Under the pieces are notes generated by a model. The model searched no databases, had not been told where the DNA came from, and saw only the letters and a list, made by a program, of their open reading frames with translations. A stretch of 64,000 bases of DNA from Bacteroidales bacterium (GTDB taxonomy: Bacteria; Bacteroidota; Bacteroidia; Bacteroidales; VadinHA17), in NCBI GenBank assembly GCA_050014255.1, contig JBEKDR010000009.1:4750-68749 (forward strand), written 5' to 3'. Shown here in pieces: positions 19,407 to 25,922 of the stretch (its first letter is position 1; every line of letters begins with the position of its first letter). Made by a program: the position numbers and the translations under genes.

Positions 19407-20370
19407 AAGGTTCGACAATAAAAGACTGTTCTTCCTGCTTTCAGGGCTGATTTTGATACTTATTCTGACGGTAATTATAAAAATTCCAAAAGAAAAGGCA
19501 ACTTTTAAAAGCAGTTTTGCCGATTTCGATACTTCAGCAGTGACCAGGATCATTTTAAACAACAGGATCAGTGAAGGAAATTTAGTCGAATTTAACAGAA
19601 TCAATGCCAAATGGACGGTTCAGCAGGGAAAAATTGTTTCTGCAACTCAGGCAGGAGCAGTTGAAAACATCTTTGGTGAAGTACTTAATATCAGACCGCA
19701 AAGCCTGGCAGCTATTGACAAATCAAAATGGAATGAATTTAATCTGACCGACAGTCTTGCTACACGTATTAAATTTTTAAATAGTAAGGGGAAGATCCTT
19801 GCTGACATTATGATAGGAAAACTGGATTTTAAACAGGCAGAAAAACCTGCCGGAGGATATAGCGGAAACAATGTACAGGTAACATCGTATGTACGGCTTT
19901 ATAATAGGAACGAAGTGTATGCAGTTGATGGTTTATTGCAGTTTTCATTCAATATCAAGTTTGAAGACTGGAGGGATAAAACTTTCGTACACTCAAAGAA
20001 GGATGATATAACGAGTATCCGTTTCATTTATCCGGCCGACAGCAGTTATACTCTGCTTAAGAAAGGTTCAACCTGGTATGCAGGCAACCAGAAAGCCGAT
20101 TCATCGAGTGTGGCAAATTATCTTAATTTACTGGTTTTGATGTATGGTCAGGGATTCAAAGATGGTTATAAGCCGGTTTTAAATCCGGCATATCAGATGT
20201 TAGTAGAGGGAGATAACCTGTTAAAGTTTTCAGTAAAATGTTATGAAGGAGAAAGTGCCGGTGAATATATCCTTAATTCGAGCCTGAATCCTGATGTCTA
20301 CTATTCCAGTGAAAAGAACGGGATTTTTAATCAGTTGTTCAAGCCGCAAAAAAACTTTGTAAAAAAATAA
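19399..20370 (+). CDS. DUF4340-like protein
   Basis: 323 aa with an N-terminal TM anchor. Overlaps the gldG stop by 8 nt. This is the usual partner position downstream of gldG. Confidence 0.55.
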   Translation: MSRRFDNKRLFFLLSGLILILILTVIIKIPKEKATFKSSFADFDTSAVTRIILNNRISEGNLVEFNRINAKWTVQQGKIVSATQAGAVENIFGEVLNIRPQSLAAIDKSKWNEFNLTDSLATRIKFLNSKGKILADIMIGKLDFKQAEKPAGGYSGNNVQVTSYVRLYNRNEVYAVDGLLQFSFNIKFEDWRDKTFVHSKKDDITSIRFIYPADSSYTLLKKGSTWYAGNQKADSSSVANYLNLLVLMYGQGFKDGYKPVLNPAYQMLVEGDNLLKFSVKCYEGESAGEYILNSSLNPDVYYSSEKNGIFNQLFKPQKNFVKK

Positions 20371-20446
20371 AAAGAACAATAAGATACTAAGCCTGAGATT
20401 TCATACTTAGAATTTAAGTAACAAATTTGTTGTTGTTTTTTCTAGA

Positions 20447-20592
20447 CTTTTACCCCCTTTCATTTTCCCCCAAGGGGGAAAGGTCCACCGCGGCAGACAG
20501 TCTCCTTCGCTAAAATTGCCTACCAGGCAATTTCTTGACGCTCGGCCCTCTTCCCCCGCCAGCTGGCGGGGAAGGCTGGGAAGGGGGTACCC
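20447..20592. repeat. GC-rich multi-hairpin module (G1, REP-like)
   Basis: Three near-perfect hairpins: TTTCCCCC/GGGGGAAA, AAATTGCC/GGCAATTT and CCCCGCC/GGCGGGG. They are enclosed by TACCCCCTT (20451-59) pairing with AAGGGGGTA (20581-89). Lies between convergent genes. Confidence 0.6.
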
Positions 20593-20735
20593 TGCAAATA
20601 AAAATGACTTTAATCTATAAGTTAATAGTATGTTACCATTATTGTGAAGAATTACACTGAGATCGGGTCAGTGTATACCGATTTAATCCTGCCTTATATT
20701 GAACAGGTTATTTGTTTATCAGAGGGAGTTTTCTG

Positions 20736-20942
20736 TTATTTCTTATCTGAGGTCTTAATCTCAGTTTCTTTTGTATCTGGCTCCTTTTTTACCGGTTCGT
20801 CATCAAGTTGTGAAGCTTTTTTAAACTCTTTCATACCCTGACCAATTCCTTTCATCAATTCCGGAATCTTCCTCCCGCCAAATAATAACACTATTACAAG
20901 TACTATTAAAATAAGGTGAAATGGACTACTAAAATCAAGCAT
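20736..20942 (-). CDS. tatA: twin-arginine translocase subunit TatA/E
   Basis: 68 aa. TM helix followed by the FGGRKIPELMKGIGQGMKEFKKA amphipathic motif. Confidence 0.9.
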   Translation of the reverse strand: MLDFSSPFHLILIVLVIVLLFGGRKIPELMKGIGQGMKEFKKASQLDDEPVKKEPDTKETEIKTSDKK

Positions 20943-20975
20943 GTCAATTTTTTTTACATTTTTATCAACGACAGA

Positions 20976-21024
20976 TTAAAATAAAAGTCTATCCATGCAA
21001 GTACTGATCTTCATGGATAGACTT
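20976..21024 (-). terminator. intrinsic terminator of the 21075..21407 gene
   Basis: Perfect 12-13 bp inverted repeat AGTCTATCCATG / CATGGATAGACT, followed on the minus strand by TTTTATTTT. Confidence 0.7.
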
Positions 21025-21074
21025 TGCCTTTTAAGACATTAAAAGAGCATCCCGAACAGCTAGTTCAAGGTTAC

Positions 21075-21407
21075 TTATTTCTTGCCAGAGTGATGCTTGG
21101 TGCTATCCTTAGGAAGCTTCTTTACGAATTTTCCGTCTTTGTCATACACAAGAGTCTCGGTTGCAGTGCCCTTTACAACAACTACACGATAAGTAAGAAC
21201 ATTGTCTTTTGTAACGCTGGTTGCTTCTTTAATTGTATAACCTGCATAATCTTTAGCGATATTGTCTGTTATAGGTTTCTGAAGATCAGCTACCTGGATG
21301 GTGGTTTTGACAGACTTTGTTTTTGTTTCGGTCGTTTTTGTGGCCTGTGCATTCATAACCAGAACAGACATCAATAATACCATAACTGCTAATAATACTT
21401 TTTTCAT
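21075..21407 (-). CDS. small secreted protein (PepSY-like fold suspected)
   Basis: 110 aa with a signal peptide ending NAQA. Lys-rich mature part. Confidence 0.5.
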   Translation of the reverse strand: MKKVLLAVMVLLMSVLVMNAQATKTTETKTKSVKTTIQVADLQKPITDNIAKDYAGYTIKEATSVTKDNVLTYRVVVVKGTATETLVYDKDGKFVKKLPKDSTKHHSGKK

Positions 21408-21535
21408 AATTATAAATTATTTGATTAAAAGAAATAAATGTAACCTGCAATTCTGAAGATGGTCTGAAGTTCGAAATATTTAACATATTATTAAGATATG
21501 GTAAAAGATAAAAGGAGAAAATTTTGTCTTATGCC

Positions 21536-21565
21536 TTTTTACCCACCAACCCCCTAAAGGGGGCC
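21536..21565. repeat. G2, short relative of the G1 module
   Basis: TTTTTACCCACCAACCCCCTAAAGGGGGCC shares TTTTACCC + CCCCC-loop-GGGGG with 20447-20483. Confidence 0.45.
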
Positions 21566-21593
21566 TAATTAATTCTGTTTCAGAATAATTAAT

Positions 21594-21715
21594 CTACTTT
21601 TTAACTTTTGTCTTTTTACCTTTGTCTTTTATCTTACACTATTTTTAAAACTGGACGCCTCACGCCTCACGCCTCACGCCTCACGCCTCACTTTTTTTGC
21701 CTTTCTCCTTTCTCC
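21594..21715. repeat. mosaic of short-period tandem repeats: CTTTTGTC-like, (CGCCTCA)x5, CCTTTCT x2
   Basis: 21594-21635 has T-rich 7-8-nt units. 21656-21690 has five exact CGCCTCA units. 21700-21715 reads CCTTTCTCCTTTCTCC and abuts the stop codon at 21716. Confidence 0.85.
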
Positions 21716-22525
21716 TTAAGTATAAATATCTTTCCTTAAATAAAGCCGGTAGGAGAGACCTGTCAGAATTAAAGAGATGCCGATAAAATATGCCAGATGC
21801 CATAAATCTATAGTATAGGCCGGATTTGTCGCATCCACACTTGCATATCTGAATGGGCTCAGGTATCCTATTTTGGCAGCGCTTTCAGTGATCTTCGAAA
21901 GAGTGTAGATAAAATAAAAGATTAAAACCAGGCCGATGCTGAAAGTGGTTACCGGCTTTGCCCTTTTAACAAGGGTTGAAAGAAATAGCCCGATTGCTCC
22001 GAAAAGGATATTTAATAATAAAGTATACAGTGAAAGAATTAAAAACGCACTGATTCTGAAAGGGCCTTTCATAACAAGCTCCATGCTAATAAATCCTGCC
22101 AGTGCAGTGACCAGGTTCAACATAAACACATTAATGGAAAGAACAGCCAGTTTGCTGATGAAAATCTCTCTCCGCGTAACAGGACGTGTCAGCAGATACT
22201 CTGCAGTTTTATCGTATTCTTCCTTAAGCAGGATATTTGAAGACAGTACGATTGAAAAAATGCTCCCCAGCACCATCATATATATTACATTGTTGGCAGC
22301 ATAAAATCCAAGTACGGACATCAGGTCGTTGAAATTCGAAATACCCTTGAACTGGAGCGCACCTTTAGGAATGAGGCTAAGCATCCCGGTGATCTTTGAC
22401 TGGTTTTCCGTAAATGTCCGGTAGAATGACATGGTAACCACAATCAGTAAGGTAATTACAATCATCCAGATCATCAGACTGACTGAGTTTCTCCTTATCT
22501 CTTTTAAAAAAAGGTTTCTGTTCAT
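21716..22525 (-). CDS. ABC-2 family transporter permease
   Basis: 269 aa with 6 TM segments, downstream of an ABC ATPase gene. Confidence 0.7.
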   Translation of the reverse strand: MNRNLFLKEIRRNSVSLMIWMIVITLLIVVTMSFYRTFTENQSKITGMLSLIPKGALQFKGISNFNDLMSVLGFYAANNVIYMMVLGSIFSIVLSSNILLKEEYDKTAEYLLTRPVTRREIFISKLAVLSINVFMLNLVTALAGFISMELVMKGPFRISAFLILSLYTLLLNILFGAIGLFLSTLVKRAKPVTTFSIGLVLIFYFIYTLSKITESAAKIGYLSPFRYASVDATNPAYTIDLWHLAYFIGISLILTGLSYRLYLRKDIYT

Positions 22526-22537
22526 TTGATTTGTACC

Positions 22538-23428
22538 TTAACTTCTGTAATAATGCAGGAATATTTCATCAAGCGACGGTTCTTCAATCATGAGATTAAT
22601 TATCTCCTTTCCTGACAGAAAACCAACAAGATCATTGATATTCCCCGAGTACATGAAGGATAGCATGTTGCCAGGTCCGGTGATTACGTTTTCAATCCCA
22701 TGTACGCCAAAGCTTTCGATATTCGCATGATCAGCAAGTTCGACAGAAACCTTTTTTAATTGTTTTTTTCTCAGGTTGTCAATGTCTTCCAGCTGAATGA
22801 TTCTTCCTTCTTTTATTATTGCCACTCTTTTACACAGCATCTGTACTTCGCTGAGTATATGTGAGGAAAAAAAGATAGTCATCCCTTTCTTATTCTCTGA
22901 ACGCAAAAGGTCAAAAAAAACTGACTGCATCAGGGGGTCAAGTCCTGTTGTCGGCTCATCCAGTATAAGAAGCTTAGGGCTGTGCAACAGGCTCTGAACA
23001 ATTGATACTTTCTTACGGTTTCCGAGAGAGAGGTCAGCAATTTGCCGGTTAAGGTCAAGTTCAAACAATTCCGAGAGATCTGATATTCTTCGCTCGCCAT
23101 TCTGAATCTGGTAAAAATGGATACAATAACTCAGGAACTCATGAACATCCATAGAAGAATATGCACTGGCATCTGAAGGAATGTAACCAACTTGTATTTT
23201 GATCTTTTTTGTATCCCTGATAACATCCATTCCCATAATCTTTGCGCTGCCTCCGGTCGGGAAGATCATGTTCATCAATATACGGATTGTAGTTGATTTG
23301 CCTGCTCCGTTGGGTCCGATAAAGCCAAAAATTTCTCCTTCACCGATCTCCAGGTTGATATGTTCAATTCCCCTGGCTTTTCCATAGAATTTTGAAAGAT
23401 CGGTAATATCAATTATTGGTCCATTCAT
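22538..23428 (-). CDS. ABC transporter ATP-binding protein
   Basis: Walker A GPNGAGKST, signature LSLGNRKKV, Walker B LILDEP. Confidence 0.9.
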   Translation of the reverse strand: MNGPIIDITDLSKFYGKARGIEHINLEIGEGEIFGFIGPNGAGKSTTIRILMNMIFPTGGSAKIMGMDVIRDTKKIKIQVGYIPSDASAYSSMDVHEFLSYCIHFYQIQNGERRISDLSELFELDLNRQIADLSLGNRKKVSIVQSLLHSPKLLILDEPTTGLDPLMQSVFFDLLRSENKKGMTIFFSSHILSEVQMLCKRVAIIKEGRIIQLEDIDNLRKKQLKKVSVELADHANIESFGVHGIENVITGPGNMLSFMYSGNINDLVGFLSGKEIINLMIEEPSLDEIFLHYYRS

Positions 23429-23468
23429 CGGATGTTTTATTATTCTAGTTCAAATATAGTAATTATCG

Positions 23469-23525
23469 GGTCGAAAAATTGAAAGGTTCAAAGGTCGAAG
23501 GAGTTGAAGAATTTAAAAGGTGAAT
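23469..23525. repeat. 8-nt-period degenerate tandem repeat (GTCGAAAA/GTTCAAAG/GTCGAAGG...)
   Basis: Read directly from the sequence. Lies just beyond the hup terminator. Confidence 0.7.
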
Positions 23526-23540
23526 TTACTAATTATATTT

Positions 23541-23568
23541 AAAAAAAAGGGGTGTAAAAACACCCCTG
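23541..23568 (-). terminator. intrinsic terminator of the HU gene
   Basis: Minus strand reads GGGGTG-TTTTTA-CACCCC followed by an 8-nt T run, 22 nt after the stop. Confidence 0.8.
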
Positions 23569-23589
23569 GACAATCTCCATCAGTTAAGA

Positions 23590-23859
23590 TTAAAGACCTT
23601 TGTTAAGTGCGGGAGCTGCTTTGAATTTTACAACTTTTTTAGCAGGAACGTTCAGTTTAGCGCCTGTACGAGGGTTACGAACTACTCTAGCACTTCTTTT
23701 ATCAACTTTGAAAGTTCCAAGGCCCGGGAGCTGAATTCTCTGACCTTTTTTCATTGATTTTCCAAATGCTCCAACGAATGCGTTTAAAGCTTTGCCGGCA
23801 TCTTTAATAGAAAGACCTGCATCAGCAGCGATTGCATTTACTAATTCTTTTTTTGTCAT
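23590..23859 (-). CDS. hup: HU-family DNA-binding protein
   Basis: Start taken at the internal ATG (MTKKELVNAIA..). Motifs GFGTFKV-like (GLGTFKVDKR) and RNPRTG arm. Confidence 0.9.
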   Translation of the reverse strand: MTKKELVNAIAADAGLSIKDAGKALNAFVGAFGKSMKKGQRIQLPGLGTFKVDKRSARVVRNPRTGAKLNVPAKKVVKFKAAPALNKGL

Positions 23860-24172
23860 AATAAAAGATTTAAGGGTTAGACCAATCTTACTAATTGAAT
23901 ACAAATTTATTTTTTTTAAATTCATGTGCAAATTTATTTTGACGTTTTTCTCCAAATAGTGGCACTTTTAGGTTAAAACAGGCATATTTTTGTATGAAAT
24001 TCAGTTTTTTGCTAAAATAACGCAATCCCTCACTAATCTTCAACTTCAGGAACTTATTTAAGGATTTTTGTTCATAATCTGTTAATAAAAAACGTATCTT
24101 ATTTAATATGTGGTACTTACGTAAATATTTCGAAAAAAATCTCTAAAAACAAAAAAATATTATCTTTGCGGC

Positions 24173-24217
24173 GGAGAAATGGTCCCGCTGTGCGGGACGG
24201 TCGGGCGGTCTTGAAAA
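24173..24217 (+). pseudogene. 5' half-copy of tRNA-Ser (degenerate)
   Basis: GGAGAAATGG ... CGGTCG..CGGTCTTGAAAA matches the acceptor, D and anticodon-stem side of the intact tRNA 25 nt downstream. It carries an inserted 7-bp hairpin and has no 3' half. Confidence 0.6.
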
Positions 24218-24241
24218 TTAAAATAAAAAAGTGATCGATAG

Positions 24242-24333
24242 GGAGAAATGGCAGAGCGGTCGAATGCGGCGGTCTTGAAAACCGTTGATCTGTAACCACG
24301 GATCCGGGGGTTCGAATCCCTCTTTCTCCGCCA
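24242..24333 (+). tRNA. tRNA-Ser, anticodon UGA, encoded CCA
   Basis: Hand-folded. Acceptor GGAGAAA/TTTCTCC, D stem GCA/TGC, anticodon stem GCGGT/ACCGT with loop CTTGAAA. Long variable arm GATCTG-TAACCA-CGGATC. T arm GGGGG-TTCGAAT-CCCTC. Confidence 0.9.
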
Positions 24334-24456
24334 AAGCTATCTGATAAAATCCCGCGAAAGCGGGATTTTTGTTTTACCAAAGCACCGGAGAAAGATTGCT
24401 TTCGACAGGTGCTGAAGGGAAAACAAAAAACCCGAAGGGTTTTATCAGATAGCTTT
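24333..24456. repeat. 124-nt palindromic module abutting the tRNA 3' end
   Basis: Perfect 17-nt inverted repeats AAAGCTATCTGATAAAA (24333-49) and TTTTATCAGATAGCTTT (24440-56). Inner TTTTTGTTTT / AAAACAAAAA arms. Two small GC hairpins and a central AGCACC..GGTGCT hairpin. Confidence 0.75.
24350..24370 (+). terminator. intrinsic terminator after tRNA-Ser
   Basis: TCCCGC-GAAA-GCGGGA followed by TTTTT. Confidence 0.7.
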
Positions 24457-24492
24457 GAAGCTCTCCCCTGAGGGATCACTCGCGTAGCGGGT

Positions 24493-24509
24493 AATCCCTC
24501 TTTCTCCGC
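24493..24509 (+). other. direct repeat of the tRNA-Ser 3' end (att-like scar)
   Basis: AATCCCTCTTTCTCCGC is identical to 24314-24330 of the intact tRNA. Confidence 0.75.
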
Positions 24510-24534
24510 TTATTGACAATGCAATTTACAGTAA

Positions 24535-24566
24535 AATCCTGAAATAGCCTCTGTTTCAGGATTTTT
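24535..24566 (+). terminator. orphan intrinsic terminator downstream of the tRNA 3'-end copy
   Basis: 10-bp stem AATCCTGAAA / TTTCAGGATT with a 9-nt loop, followed by TTT. Confidence 0.55.
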
Positions 24567-24621
24567 CATTTTTACCCCTAAGCAGAATTAAGCAAAAAAA
24601 AGCAAAAAAAACCGATTCCCG

Positions 24622-24705
24622 GGTGAACCAATCGAGGAACATGGTTTTTTTTCGAAAATGTTCACCTTTTTATGTAATGCATTGTTTTGCAGTATTTTGC
24701 GTGAC
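24622..24705 (+). repeat. S element, diverged copy A (5' box and GCATTGT box only)
   Basis: GGTGAACCAATCGAGG matches the 5' box of the other copies. GCATTGT sits at the same offset (about 58). The 3' box is not conserved. Confidence 0.45.
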
Positions 24706-24751
24706 AACTTATTAGATTTTTGTATTTAAAATTTGTAATATTCTTTGTATT

Positions 24752-25009
24752 ATGGAAACAAATAGGTGTACAGTAAGGGTATTTATAAGAGGATTCAGAC
24801 TCAATAAAGATGGAAGAGCACCAGTTCTTTTAAGGCTAACCGTTAATGGAAAGCGTTGGGATTCAGCTCTTAAGGTGGCAATTAACCCTGATGATTGGGA
24901 TCCGATAAAAGAAAAAGCTACAGGAGAAGATAGCTTTTCGAACCTCTTAAATGAGACAATTGATTCTTTAAACTTAAAAACGAGACAATTAAAATCTCCG
25001 ATACTATAA
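24752..25009 (+). pseudogene. tyrosine integrase, N-terminal (Arm DNA-binding) fragment only
   Basis: VRVFIRGFRLNKDGRAPVLLRLTVNGKRW..INPDDWD is the typical N-terminus of Bacteroidota phage-type integrases (about 400 aa). The frame stops after 85 codons. Confidence 0.7.
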
Positions 25010-25410
25010 GAGAATGGGAAAGAGAGCAAACACTTCCTAGAGAATGTGTTTTTTGTGGTTCGAAAGAGTATCTTTCAACTGATCATCTGATCCCTAAAAA
25101 TAGAGGAGGTGACGATTCTTCAGATAATTTAGTACTGGCTTGTAAATCATGCAATTCTTCTAGGAGTGATAAAGGAATTTTTGAATGGTTCGGTTTGGAG
25201 AAAAAAGATGAGTTACACAGACTAGTTGCTGGAAAGTATCTTAAACAATTGCTTAGAATTCATAAGGAAGAAGGTACCATAAATGTGACAAAAAATGACC
25301 TGGATAAACTGTGTGAAAAATGTCCCCTTCCTTATATTTGTTCAGAATGGGATAAAGTTAATTCATTAACATGCTTTTGTCTGGAGAGTATTCTGCTATA
25401 TAAATCTTGA
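24964..25410 (+). pseudogene. HNH endonuclease reading frame without a canonical start codon
   Basis: Frame open from 24964. Reads ..CVFCGSKEYLSTDHLIPKNRGGDDSSDNLVLACKSCNSSRSDKG.. (HNH/CxxC pairs). The first ATG/GTG/TTG is the TTG at 25195, downstream of the catalytic motif. Confidence 0.6.
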
Positions 25411-25451
25411 TTTTAATACTTCCATATATCATTTTTAAAGTTAATTAATTA

Positions 25452-25508
25452 AGCCAGGTAGGATAATTTGTTAGGACGAGAAAACTATCATAATTCTTGA
25501 TGGCTCCT
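25452..25508 (+). repeat. possible internally deleted R element (R6)
   Basis: AGCCAGGTAGGAT..AATTTGTTAGGAC..AACTATCATAA..GATGGCT resembles the R 5' end, AATTTGTTTCGGCCAACTATGGTCAA and the 3' end. Confidence 0.25.
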
Positions 25509-25648
25509 GCTAAAGTCAATTGGAATACTAACCTTCCATAGCCTTTATTGTTTTTTGATTTAATCCTGCAAATCATATTTATAAACTTCCACAGCTGGAA
25601 CAGTCGTGGAGGTTTCCTTTTTTAATGAGATTAAGTAGAAATCTATCA

Positions 25649-25731
25649 GGTGAACCAAAAGGTATACCAAATTTATTGAAGCTTTTAAATAATTGATTAT
25701 TAAAGCATTGTAAAATAGGTTCGGGAGGGAG
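25649..25731 (+). repeat. S element copy B
   Basis: GGTGAACCAAAAGG ... TTGATTATTAA ... GCATTGTAAAATAGGTTCGGGAGGGAG. 83 nt. Confidence 0.8.
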
Positions 25732-25922
25732 TCACTCTGAAGGCAATTTCAGATATCTCTTATAAATGAATACATTACTCGGACAATTTGACATAAAGAA
25801 ATTTTTATTTCTGCAATTTAAACAGGGTAATATGTAAATACCGGTTAAATGTTGAATGAACATTAAAGGTAAAGCTATGATTGATCGATTTTTTCGCTTT
25901 AATCCGATTTGATTGCGACGGA

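Noticed and set aside
24173-24217. The upstream tRNA-like piece as a tRNA-Sec or other functional tRNA.
   Set aside because: The anticodon-loop remnant reads CTTGAAA (UGA anticodon, i.e. Ser, not UCA). There is no T arm or 3' acceptor strand, and the D region is replaced by a 7-bp hairpin.
24117-24479. 120-aa minus-strand ORF.
   Set aside because: It runs antisense across the tRNA-Ser gene, its half-copy and the palindromic module, and is an artefact of those sequences.
25195-25410. 71-aa ORF (TTG start) as an independent gene.
   Set aside because: It is the C-terminal tail of the longer HNH reading frame that is open from 24964. The catalytic motif lies upstream of this start.
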